Shown here piece after piece: positions 21,405 through 30,442 of a stretch of 64,000 nt of DNA. This DNA comes from Betaproteobacteria bacterium. Its GTDB lineage: Bacteria > Pseudomonadota > Gammaproteobacteria > Burkholderiales > SG8-41. Under the pieces are notes generated by a model. The model was not told the origin of the DNA and searched no databases. It saw only the letters and a list, made by a program, of their open reading frames with translations. How positions within the stretch are numbered: position 1 is the stretch's first letter; each line of letters starts with the position of its first letter. A program made the position numbers and the translations under genes. Where the stretch lies: positions 4,679 to 68,678 of the forward strand of contig JAQGNH010000254.1 in the NCBI GenBank assembly GCA_028291945.1, given 5' to 3'.

Positions 21405-21830
21405 TTAGCGCGAGCGGCCTTTGCTCCGCGCAGGACGTTCCTGCACGATGCTGTCAGTGAGTTTCTTCGAGGGGTGGAACGTCACGACGCGCCGTTCCGA
21501 AATCGGTATCTTCTCACCACTCTTGAGATTGCGCGCCCACCGCTTGGGCCGCTCTTTCGGCTGAAAGCGTCCGAACCCTTCGAGCTTCACCGGCTCGCCG
21601 GCTTCGAGCGCAGCGCGCATCTCTTCGAATATCGCGTTGACCATCTCGCGGCACTCGCGCTTGCTCAGCCCGATTTTTTCGAACAGCAGATTCTGCAGCT
21701 CTTCTTTCGTCAGCGCCGCCCGCAGGATCGCTTCAGCGGTGTCGATCTCGACCGGGTTGTCCGCGTCGCCGTGTCCATTTACGCGGTCCGGCGGAGCGAA
21801 GACAGCAGAGGGAGGATTGCGCGTGTGCAC
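21405..21830 (-). CDS. IHF/HU-family DNA-binding protein, IHF-alpha-like paralog with an N-terminal extension
   Basis: 'LTKEELQNLLFEKIGLSKRECREMVNAIFEEMRAALEAGEPVKLEGFGRF...RNLKSGEKIPISERRVVTFHPSKKL' aligns to IHF-alpha. The arm motif reads ARNLKSG rather than GRNPKTG. Confidence 0.85.
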   Translation of the reverse strand: MHTRNPPSAVFAPPDRVNGHGDADNPVEIDTAEAILRAALTKEELQNLLFEKIGLSKRECREMVNAIFEEMRAALEAGEPVKLEGFGRFQPKERPKRWARNLKSGEKIPISERRVVTFHPSKKLTDSIVQERPARSKGRSR

Positions 21831-21918
21831 TCTAGAGGACGGGGGCGCCTGAGTGCGCGGCCGTCATCGTAGAGGCAGCAAACGCCATGCCGCAGAAACG
21901 GCACTCTGAAGCGCGCGA

Positions 21919-22872
21919 TCAGCGCTTCTTGCCGGGCGCCGTCGCCGTGATGGCCTTTCCAAGGAAGCGCTGGAAATCCCCGTCGCGCATTGCAGCAAGC
22001 GTCGCGCGACGCAGCTCGGCGCGTTGCGCCTCGGCGCGAACGTCTTCTTTTTCTACGAGAATTTCGGAGCGGACGATCGTTTTGCGCAGTTTGGCGAATT
22101 GCGCTTCGAGCTCCCGCAGCGTCCGTGCGGGGACAGTGTAAATGTAACGGCGCTTTGTTTTGACCCGCAGCTGGCGGCGGACCATGCCGATACTCGCAGC
22201 GACGACCTCCAGCAACCAGTCCTGATATTGCTCCGGATTCTTGAAATTGGAACGCCCGCGCTCCTCGTCCTGCGCCCGTGCGCGCGCCTCGGCCTCGTGA
22301 TACACAACAAACCGGTAGCGCGCGCCATCGAGGGGCTGCGATTGCCACAGGTGCACGCGCTGATCGCCGGCTTCACGATAGCTTTCGCGTTCCGCTTCGG
22401 GCGGGGCGATGCCAGCCGCTACAAGCGAGGCGAACGGGCCGACGTATACGGTTGCGGGACCGCTATTGGCTCCATCGCGCAAATCGGTGTACTTGTAAAC
22501 CTTTATCCTGCTCCCCAGCGAGCGCCAGGCCACGGGCATGACCTCATTGGTGATGGCCAGACGATAGCCGTCGTCGCGCATCTTCGCGATCGTGCAGCGC
22601 AACTCCGCGTGCGGCGCAGCCGGGCAGAACACGCGCAGCGACAACAACTTGCGGCCGCCGGTCTTTTGCGGAAACGTGAAGTCCTCCGGTATTCGCAGCA
22701 GCCGAGCGGCTCGGAATTGTGCTTCACTGCCGCAGAACCAGGTCGACAGCGTGCCGTGCTTGCGCGCCTGCTTCTCGAGCTCGAGCCCGGCTTCGTCTGC
22801 GTGCCGGTTGCGCTCGTCGACGTAACCGGGCAGATGGGAGAGCGATTCACGTTCACTGGACTGCGTCGTCAC
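21919..22872 (-). CDS. hypothetical protein (317 aa), family unrecognised
   Basis: Long ORF with high third-position GC like the host. Lies 88 nt upstream of the IHF-like gene on the same strand. The C-terminus is basic and helical. Confidence 0.75.
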   Translation of the reverse strand: MTTQSSERESLSHLPGYVDERNRHADEAGLELEKQARKHGTLSTWFCGSEAQFRAARLLRIPEDFTFPQKTGGRKLLSLRVFCPAAPHAELRCTIAKMRDDGYRLAITNEVMPVAWRSLGSRIKVYKYTDLRDGANSGPATVYVGPFASLVAAGIAPPEAERESYREAGDQRVHLWQSQPLDGARYRFVVYHEAEARARAQDEERGRSNFKNPEQYQDWLLEVVAASIGMVRRQLRVKTKRRYIYTVPARTLRELEAQFAKLRKTIVRSEILVEKEDVRAEAQRAELRRATLAAMRDGDFQRFLGKAITATAPGKKR

Positions 22873-23211
22873 ACTCGCTTCCTTCCGTCAGTGTGCGGGC
22901 CTCTTGGAGCCCGGGTGTTGCCCTGAGGCGGACGCCGCAGGGACATCGATCCTCAAGACCAAAATAGTACCAATATGCATTAACGCGGATCAAGCAGAAA
23001 GGAAGACAAGAGAAGATTTGCGGCTCAGCTGTTGCCCGCGAGCCCGGCGTGCAGCGGCGTGTCGCCGACTGCGAGGCAGGAAGCGGACGGCGGCGCGAAC
23101 TGCTTTTGGTAGATACGGCTGTGGCGGTTTCGCGAGCGCTGCTGAGGTTATAGGGACGATCGCAGCGATCGGACGGCGGCGGTCAAGCAGGCACAACTGC
23201 CCGTAACGATG

Positions 23212-24141
23212 CTATTTCGCCTCGTCCTTCAGAATGTTCATTCCGGACTGCAGCGCTTTCTCGATGCGCGCCTTTTCCTTGGCTATCTTCTGATCGTCCC
23301 ACTCCCAGAAGCCCCTTTTTGTTTTCATCCCTAGACGGTTCTCGTCCATCAACTCCTTGATGATCGGAGGCGGACCGTCGTTCTTGTACAGGTGCGGGTA
23401 CAGTGCGCTGGCGACGTAGAAGTTCGTGTCCCAACCCGACATTTCCTTCTGCATGATCGGACCGCAGGCGATAAACCGGAAGCCGAAGCCATAGCGCACC
23501 GCCGTGTCGACACCCTCAGGAGACACGATGCCATCCTGAATGAGATAAAGTGCTTCCCGCATCATCGCATGCTGTATCCGGTTGCCGACGAAGCCCGGTA
23601 CATCTTTCTTCACCCAGATGGGTGCCTTGCCGAGCCGCTTCATCAGGTCCACCACGGATTCGGCCACGCTGGGATCAGTCGCGTCGGAGCTGACGACTTC
23701 GACAAGGGGTACGAGGTGCGCGGGCATGAAGAAGTGCAGTCCGAGCACGCGGCCTCGGTGCTTGAGAGTTTTCCCGATCTCGCCGATCTGAAAGTTGGAT
23801 GTGTTGCTGGCGATCGGCACGTCCGCGCCGGCGAGAGCTTCGACTTCGGCGAACAGCCGCCGCTTCAGCGGCAGGTCTTCGGTTGCAGCTTCGACAACCA
23901 TATTCACGCCGGCCCAGTCGATGTCGCCGAGTTTCGGATACGCTTTGACGCGACCCGCCTTCGCAGCGTCGCCACCCAACTTCTTCAACCCAGCCTCGAT
24001 ACGCGGCGGCAGAGCTTCCCGTGTCTTGGCCGACGGACTCATTACGTGCACGTCCCAACCGTTCGAGGCGAAAATGATGGCAATGTCGCCTCCCATGATG
24101 CCGCCGCCGATAATGACTACATTCGATCGATCCTGTGCCAT
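23212..24141 (-). CDS. 3-hydroxyacyl-CoA (3-hydroxybutyryl-CoA) dehydrogenase, NAD-binding
   Basis: Rossmann motif 'VVIIGGGIMGGDIA', 'EAATEDLPLKRRLF', 'SNTS' and 'HFFMPAHLVPLVEVV'. Confidence 0.9.
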   Translation of the reverse strand: MAQDRSNVVIIGGGIMGGDIAIIFASNGWDVHVMSPSAKTREALPPRIEAGLKKLGGDAAKAGRVKAYPKLGDIDWAGVNMVVEAATEDLPLKRRLFAEVEALAGADVPIASNTSNFQIGEIGKTLKHRGRVLGLHFFMPAHLVPLVEVVSSDATDPSVAESVVDLMKRLGKAPIWVKKDVPGFVGNRIQHAMMREALYLIQDGIVSPEGVDTAVRYGFGFRFIACGPIMQKEMSGWDTNFYVASALYPHLYKNDGPPPIIKELMDENRLGMKTKRGFWEWDDQKIAKEKARIEKALQSGMNILKDEAK

Positions 24142-24236
24142 GTGCTGAAGCTCCGCGTTATGATTTTCCGGAATGTACGCCGGCGGCTGGTTCGCCGGGG
24201 TCTGGCTTCATTATAGAGGCCGTAGAAGCAGTCGGA

Positions 24237-25928
24237 ATGAAAGGTGCCGTGATGACAGCGAGGCTCGAGAAGTGGATGGCAGCGCAGGTAATCAGTGCAC
24301 TGTGCGTGTATGCAGCGTGCGCGGCCCCCGCATATTCGCAATGTGCCGCAGGCGCCGAATACCAGCAGACCGAGGCGGTCAAGCGCCGCTATCCGGATCC
24401 GCCCACGCGTTTCGCGACTCCAGCATTCGAAGCCGGCAAGACGGGTTTCACCTCTCACGAGGAGATGATGGCTTTTCTAGAGCGCCTGTCCAAGCGCGCC
24501 GGCAACATGAAGATACTCGAAGCGGGCTATTCGCAGGAAGGACGCGCCATACCGGCGCTGCTCTTCACGAACGCGGGACGTCCGAGCGCGGCGGATCTGA
24601 AGCGGCTCAACCGGCCGTTGGTCATGCTGGTCGGCCAGCTGCACGGCAATGAACCGGCAGGTGGGGAGGTCATGCTCGCGCTCGCGCAATCGCTCGCAAG
24701 CGGCGAGCTCAGGCCGCTGCTCGACCGCATCAACGTGCTGATCATGCCCAGAGGCAATCCGGATGGAGCGCACTACTTCTGGCGCGGTACCGCAAGCTGT
24801 GTCGACATCAACCGGGATCACCTGAAAGTCGATCTGCCGGAGACGTTCGCGATACGGCGCATGACCTATGAGTTTCAGCCAGATATTTTCGTCGATGCGC
24901 ACGAGTTCAGCGTGGCCACACGCTGGCTCGAGAAGTTCAACGGTCTGCAGTCGTACGATTTCACGATGGCATATGCCACGCATCCGAACGTCGAGCGCTC
25001 CCTGACCGATCTGGCCGAGCAGCTGTTCAGCCGCAATATCGCGACCGAGGTCGAAAAAGCCGGATATGCACACTTCTGGTATTACACGACGGCCTACGAT
25101 CTCAAAGACAAGCGCGTCGCAGGAGGGGGAACCGCGCCGGACATCGGCCGCAACTACGCAGGCTTGCAGAACACACTTTCGTTTCTCGTCGAGACTCGCG
25201 GCGTCGGAATCGGGCGCGACAGCTTTGCGAGGCGCGTGCACACTCATTACGTCGTGATGGCGAGCCTGTTGCGCACGGCAGCGGATAACGCAGACGTGGT
25301 ACGCAAGACAGTTCAGGACGCGCGCGACGCAGTGATAAGAAAAGGCCGCACGCCGGCAGATGATTCTGTGGCCGTGACCTTGAAGATGCCGAGCCGGCCG
25401 CAGAAGCTCACAATGTCAGACCCGGAAACGGGTGAGCCGAAGGAAGTCGAAGTCGAATGGATAGATCCGCGTGAAGCCCAGCCTGGCCTTACGCGCGCGC
25501 GGCCCGTGGCCTATCTTCTCCTGCCGTCGTACATGGAGGTCGCGCGCCGGCTCGCGATGTCAGGTCTCGAGGTTCGGCGTCTGCGCAAAACTACCGAGCT
25601 GGAAGTCGAAAGCTACGAGGTTACGGAGCGGCGTGCAGGAAACGTTTTCGTCGAAGGGCACGTCCGCAGCGCCGTCACGACCGAAGTCAAAGTGCGCAAG
25701 CGCCTCTTTCCCGCAGGAACGCTGGTGTACACGATGGCACAGGCCGGCGCCAACATTCTGATCTCCGGACTCGAGCCGGAATCCGCGTCGAGCTTTGTTG
25801 CACTCGGTATGATCCCGACCGACCGGCGCGGTCTCGCGAATCCGCAGGAAGCCGCGCCCAGCGAAGTGCCGATTTTCAGATTGATGAAGCCGGTTCAGCT
25901 CGAAACCGAGGCTGCGACGACGCGCTAA
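24237..25928 (+). CDS. M14-family zinc carboxypeptidase, secreted
   Basis: Signal peptide 'MTARLEKWMAAQVISALCVYAACAAPAYSQ' and the zinc motif 'GQLHGNEPAGGE'. The track start 24135 overlaps the divergent gene, so ATG 24237 or 24252 is more likely. Confidence 0.8.
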   Translation: MKGAVMTARLEKWMAAQVISALCVYAACAAPAYSQCAAGAEYQQTEAVKRRYPDPPTRFATPAFEAGKTGFTSHEEMMAFLERLSKRAGNMKILEAGYSQEGRAIPALLFTNAGRPSAADLKRLNRPLVMLVGQLHGNEPAGGEVMLALAQSLASGELRPLLDRINVLIMPRGNPDGAHYFWRGTASCVDINRDHLKVDLPETFAIRRMTYEFQPDIFVDAHEFSVATRWLEKFNGLQSYDFTMAYATHPNVERSLTDLAEQLFSRNIATEVEKAGYAHFWYYTTAYDLKDKRVAGGGTAPDIGRNYAGLQNTLSFLVETRGVGIGRDSFARRVHTHYVVMASLLRTAADNADVVRKTVQDARDAVIRKGRTPADDSVAVTLKMPSRPQKLTMSDPETGEPKEVEVEWIDPREAQPGLTRARPVAYLLLPSYMEVARRLAMSGLEVRRLRKTTELEVESYEVTERRAGNVFVEGHVRSAVTTEVKVRKRLFPAGTLVYTMAQAGANILISGLEPESASSFVALGMIPTDRRGLANPQEAAPSEVPIFRLMKPVQLETEAATTR

Positions 25929-25976
25929 GCCTCCACAGACACTGTACGTAGCGCGGCGATCATCTCCGCCGCATGC

Positions 25977-26843
25977 TTAGCGCGCCTCTCCTACTCGCGT
26001 CGCGGTCCATTTCGTCTCCCCATTCGCAGTTTTGAGCGTGCCTTCCATCCGTTCACCGCTTACGCGGCCGGTGAAGTCTCGAGGGGTGCCCGCGTCTTCG
26101 ATCCTGAACGAAACGGTGTCGCCACGTAACTTGCCGTTCGAGAACTGGACGGGCTTGCCGTCGCCTTTCGCGCTGCCGCCGATGTTCTGATACTGCTGAA
26201 TGAATGTCGCTTCATAACGTGGTCCGCCCGCGACTTCCACACGCCACGTGCCGCCTGCTTTGGCGGGTACGATCCACATATAAGCCGTGCGGCCTTCCGA
26301 GGACTCGACCTGGTCCGGCTGCCAATCGTCCATTGTGAACGCGTGCGACACCACGCGCGTGCCGGGTTTCATGTTGAGTATGCTCGGCCGCAGCTTCACG
26401 TTGAGCGATGGCAGCAGATACAGCGTCAGAACCGTAGCCTGCGTGAAATCGGTCTGGAAGATGTCGGCGCGGATGAATTGCGCACGGCCCGCGACACCTT
26501 CTTTCTCGGCATTGCGCTTCGCGAGCTCGACCATGTCCGGGTTGTACTCGATGCCAAGCGCTCTCGCGCCGAATTTTTTTGCAGCAGTAATCACGGTGCG
26601 GCCGTCGCCTGCGCCGAGATCGATCACGAAGTCCGTCGATTTCGTGTCGGCCATCTGCAGCATGCGGTCGACGAGGGATTGGGGCGTCGGCACCCAGATC
26701 ACGTCCTTGCCTTCCTGACCGACCGACGGCGTGAAATCCTTGGTGCCTGCGGCAGGCTGCGCCGCAGCGGGCACGCTCAGGGTGAGCGCGGAAGAAAGTG
26801 CGACTAGAGCCAGCAACGGCGCCGCGCGCCATCTCGATTGCAT
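25977..26843 (-). CDS. class I SAM-dependent methyltransferase with an N-terminal signal peptide
   Basis: 'MQSRWRAAPLLALVALSSALTLSVPAAAQP' followed by SAM motif I 'VIDLGAGDGR' and 'ALGIEYNPDMVELAKRNA'. Confidence 0.8.
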   Translation of the reverse strand: MQSRWRAAPLLALVALSSALTLSVPAAAQPAAGTKDFTPSVGQEGKDVIWVPTPQSLVDRMLQMADTKSTDFVIDLGAGDGRTVITAAKKFGARALGIEYNPDMVELAKRNAEKEGVAGRAQFIRADIFQTDFTQATVLTLYLLPSLNVKLRPSILNMKPGTRVVSHAFTMDDWQPDQVESSEGRTAYMWIVPAKAGGTWRVEVAGGPRYEATFIQQYQNIGGSAKGDGKPVQFSNGKLRGDTVSFRIEDAGTPRDFTGRVSGERMEGTLKTANGETKWTATRVGEAR

Positions 26844-26969
26844 GATTCGATCTCCTTGGGTTCGCTACGAAAGAGGGCCGCAGAAAAGGCGGTCCATTAT
26901 GCCCTAACGTTCGTCCGCTTGATCAGTGCACCGGACGTGCCCGATGCTCGCCGGGTGCAGCGTCTTGCG

Positions 26970-28184
26970 CTATGCGTTGTCGAGGCGTCCGTCGACGGTG
27001 ACGTGCTTTGAAACCATCGCATCGATGTCTTTATCGTCGTAGCCCAGCTCTCGCAGAATCGCCACGCTGTGCTGCCCGATCTTGGGTGCCGCGCTGAAAT
27101 CACTGCGTGCACCTCGCGAGAGCTTGTTCGGCAGGCTCATGTTCACGATCTTGCCTTCGGTCGGATGCTCGACCGTTTGGAAAAAACCGACCTCGCGCAG
27201 GTGTGGATCTTCCATGAGCGAATCGAGCGTGTGATACGGCATTGCGGGCACGTCGCACCGATCGAAGATTTCCAGCCACTGCTCGGTCGTCTTCTCTTTC
27301 AACGCCTCGGCGCGAATGCGAAAGTACTCACCGACATTCCTGAAACGCGCCGCAACGCTGTTGAACCGCGGATCGCTTTTCAACTCCGGGCGGCCGATCG
27401 CGTCGAAAAAAGCAAAAGCCTGTGGATTGGTGTTCGCCGAAATACACACCCAGCCGTCCTTCGTGGCGAGCGGTTTCGCCTGGGGGTCGAGCAAACGTGG
27501 ATCGCCCGTTGTGCCTCGCGGTGGTTCGAAGGTTTTCATGTACATGTGCTCGGAAAGCACGAATGCAGCCATATTTTCGAACATGGGAATTTCTATGGCC
27601 TGCCCTTCGCCCGTACGCTCGCGCGAAAAAAGAGCCATCAGGATCATCTGGACGGCGATAAGACCGACGGTCTTGTCCGCCATTACCATCGGCAGAAAGC
27701 GTGGCTCACCGGCTGCGCGGTGATATAGCGCGGCAATGCCCGCCGAGCCCTGGATGATGGAATCGTACGCCGGCTTCTTCCGATAACGTCCGCCCTGCCC
27801 GAAACCAAACATGCCGCAATAGATGATCTTGGGGTTGACCGCGCGGACGTCGTCGTAGGAGAGCTTCATACGTGCCATCGACGCCGGCCGCACGTTCCAC
27901 ACCAGCACGTCCGCACGCTTTATCAGGCGCAGGAGCACCTGATATCCCGCGGCTTGCTTCAGATCGAGAACGATCGAGCGCTTGTTGCGGTTGAGATGCA
28001 GGAACTTAGGTCCCATACCCGGCGTGACGCCGAGCCCGCCGATCGTTCGACCCAGGTCGCCGGCGGGGCTTTCGACCTTCATCACGTCCGCGCCGTGGTC
28101 CGCGAGGATCTGCGTTGCGAGAGGACCGACCACGACCGAAGTCAGATCGACGATGCGTATGCCTTCGAGGGGACCACCCGCCAT
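26970..28184 (-). CDS. family III CoA-transferase (CaiB/BaiF)
   Basis: 'LEGIRIVDLTSVVVGPLATQILADHGADVMKVE' and a full-length 404-aa CaiB-like sequence. Confidence 0.9.
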   Translation of the reverse strand: MAGGPLEGIRIVDLTSVVVGPLATQILADHGADVMKVESPAGDLGRTIGGLGVTPGMGPKFLHLNRNKRSIVLDLKQAAGYQVLLRLIKRADVLVWNVRPASMARMKLSYDDVRAVNPKIIYCGMFGFGQGGRYRKKPAYDSIIQGSAGIAALYHRAAGEPRFLPMVMADKTVGLIAVQMILMALFSRERTGEGQAIEIPMFENMAAFVLSEHMYMKTFEPPRGTTGDPRLLDPQAKPLATKDGWVCISANTNPQAFAFFDAIGRPELKSDPRFNSVAARFRNVGEYFRIRAEALKEKTTEQWLEIFDRCDVPAMPYHTLDSLMEDPHLREVGFFQTVEHPTEGKIVNMSLPNKLSRGARSDFSAAPKIGQHSVAILRELGYDDKDIDAMVSKHVTVDGRLDNA

Positions 28185-28287
28185 TGCAAGTTCCGATTCT
28201 TATCGATGATTCGTTGATGAACAGTGAAAGCCCCCGGGTCAAACCGAGGTCACGACCCTCCCGCTGATCCTCGCGGGGGGGCCGCAT

Positions 28288-29139
28288 TCATTGGAATTCG
28301 GCTTCTGCCGTAAGCGCGACTGCGTTCTCGTCGTCGACCACCCACAGCGTGGCACTCTTGTTATCCGCAGACGGCTCTCCACACACCGTGAACTCGCGAC
28401 CGCCGAAGAGCGGCCGCACGTTGCGGGACGAGATGTAGCGCAGCGGCGTCGAGGCGTGCGTGCGCGCGAGCTCGAACACGAGCAGCGTCGTCAGTCCGCC
28501 GTTCATCACGACGTTCGGATAACCCTCGACCTGCGTTACGTACGGGTAGTCGTAATGGATGCGGTGACCGTTGAAGGTCAGCGCCGAGTACCTGAACAAC
28601 AGAACGGGATCGGGAGTGAGCGAGCGGCTCCATACCGCTTTCCCGGCTGCGCGTTGGGGCGCTGGCGGCGTCGCGTTGGGGTCGGGCTCGCCGCGGTACA
28701 CGATATCCTGTTCTTCGGTGATGGCGATCTCATGCGGGCTGTAGATGTCCGTTTTCACGGTGACGAAAACCATCTGCCCGGTTCGGCCCTGCTTGGGCGT
28801 CACGCTCTGGATCGTGGATTGACGACGCACTTCATCTCCAACTTTGAGCGGTGCGTGAAAGGTAATGCGCTTGCCGGCGAACATGCGGCGCGGCAGAGGC
28901 ACGGGCGGCAGAAAGTCGCCGCGCTTGGGGTGACCGTCGGCGCCGATCTGTGACTGGCGCACGACACGAGGAAAGAGGATCGAATGCCATCCGATCGGAA
29001 GGGGATCGCCAATGCGGGGCTTCGGATCATCGCGGTCGAGGGTTGCGGAGAGCCGATGGACCGAGGGAATCGTAACGTAATCGACGTCGCTTTCAGTGCG
29101 GCCGATCCATTCGGTCAACCGATCGAGCTCGGGCGTCAT
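28288..29139 (-). CDS. double hotdog-fold (MaoC/FAS1-like) acyl-CoA hydratase, itaconyl-/mesaconyl-CoA hydratase-like
   Basis: 283 aa, with 'FRYSALTFNGHRIHYDYPYVTQVEGYPNVVMNGGLT' in the C-terminal MaoC-like half and an N-terminal dehydratase-like half. ATG 29139 chosen. Confidence 0.75.
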   Translation of the reverse strand: MTPELDRLTEWIGRTESDVDYVTIPSVHRLSATLDRDDPKPRIGDPLPIGWHSILFPRVVRQSQIGADGHPKRGDFLPPVPLPRRMFAGKRITFHAPLKVGDEVRRQSTIQSVTPKQGRTGQMVFVTVKTDIYSPHEIAITEEQDIVYRGEPDPNATPPAPQRAAGKAVWSRSLTPDPVLLFRYSALTFNGHRIHYDYPYVTQVEGYPNVVMNGGLTTLLVFELARTHASTPLRYISSRNVRPLFGGREFTVCGEPSADNKSATLWVVDDENAVALTAEAEFQ

Positions 29140-29426
29140 GATGATGCTCCAGGACGTGGAGGGTGGACAGGAGGGGGATGCAAATTGTAGCAAAACAGTC
29201 TGCTGCCGCAGTCAATCTCAACAGCCGCAACACTAAGCGACGCGAAACACAAAGCAAGGACATAGCGAGCAGACGTGACCCGGTGCGGGATCGCTGCCTC
29301 TCAGCGATGACGAAGCCCATTTTGTCGGTGGCGCCCAGCTTACACACGACCACGCATCGGTACCCGAAGCGTCGAGCGTTTACTTGGTTGCGTTGTCCTT
29401 TGCGTCCTTTATTTCTGCTTTTGCCG

Positions 29427-30404
29427 TCAATCCGCCTTCGCCCCCGAATCCTTCACCGCTTTCCCCCATTTCGCGATTTCGGATTTGATGAAAGCAGCGT
29501 ACTCGCTTCGCGTGTCGCCGACCGGTGTGAAAGCGAGGGCGTCAAGCCGCTGTTTGACCTCGGGCTCCTTCAGAATGCGGACGATTTCCGCGTTGAGTTT
29601 GTTGAGTATCGCCTCCGGTGTCCTGGCCGGCGCGACCATACCGATCCAGCCTACCGCTTCGAAGCCCGGATAACCGGACTCCGCAATCGTTGGGAGATCC
29701 GGCATGAAGGGTGAGCGCGTGCGCGTTCCAATCCCGAGTCCGCGAAGCTTTCCACCTTTGATGTGCGGCAGAACGGCCGGAATGGCATCGAACATGATCG
29801 GCACCTGCCCGGCCATCACATCGGCGTGCGCGCTCGGGCTGCCCTTGTAGGGAACGTGGTTCAACTGGATCGCTGCAGCTGACTTGAACATTTCCATCGT
29901 GAGGTGACTCGTCGAGCCGCTACCGAGCGAGGCGTAATTGATCGAGCCTGGCTTCGCCTTGGCGGCGGCGACCAGGTCTCTCACCGATTTAGTCGCGAAC
30001 GAAGGGCTCACGACGAGCGTTTGAGGCGTCAGTGCAATATTGGTAATCGGTGCGAAATCGCGCACGGCATCGTATGGGAGCTTGGAATAGAGCGTCGGGT
30101 TGATCCCGAATGCGCTCGAAACACCCATCGTGAGCGTATAGCCGTCTGGCAGCGCATGTGCGCCCAGCTCCGTGCCCACGATCGCGCCCGCACCTGGGCG
30201 ATTGTCGACGACCACCTGTTGACCCCAAGCTTCGGTCAGCTTCTGTGCAATGACGCGAGCGAGGATGTCGGTTGATGTGCCTGGCTGAAATTGGGCGATG
30301 ACCCGAATGGGGCGGTTCGGATAAGTCTGAGCCTGGACGTTGAGCGAGGTAAATGCGCTTGAGCAGGAGATCAGCAGGACTGCGATGGCTCTGTTCACGC
30401 GCAC
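29427..30404 (-). CDS. Bug-family (TctC-like) substrate-binding protein
   Basis: Signal peptide, 'YPNRPIRVI', 'VVDNRPGAGA', 'PDGYTL' and 'HVPYKG'. Confidence 0.9.
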   Translation of the reverse strand: MRVNRAIAVLLISCSSAFTSLNVQAQTYPNRPIRVIAQFQPGTSTDILARVIAQKLTEAWGQQVVVDNRPGAGAIVGTELGAHALPDGYTLTMGVSSAFGINPTLYSKLPYDAVRDFAPITNIALTPQTLVVSPSFATKSVRDLVAAAKAKPGSINYASLGSGSTSHLTMEMFKSAAAIQLNHVPYKGSPSAHADVMAGQVPIMFDAIPAVLPHIKGGKLRGLGIGTRTRSPFMPDLPTIAESGYPGFEAVGWIGMVAPARTPEAILNKLNAEIVRILKEPEVKQRLDALAFTPVGDTRSEYAAFIKSEIAKWGKAVKDSGAKAD

Positions 30405-30442
30405 TCCTCACCCTATGTCTGTGACGGGCGAAATTTACGTTC

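Noticed and set aside
17229-23211. Searched for an att-type direct repeat of the tRNA-Phe 3' end and for integrase, transposase or relaxase genes to define an intact island
   Set aside because: None was found by eye, so I describe the region as a decayed or patchy accessory zone rather than calling a defined mobile element. A computational repeat search could overturn this.
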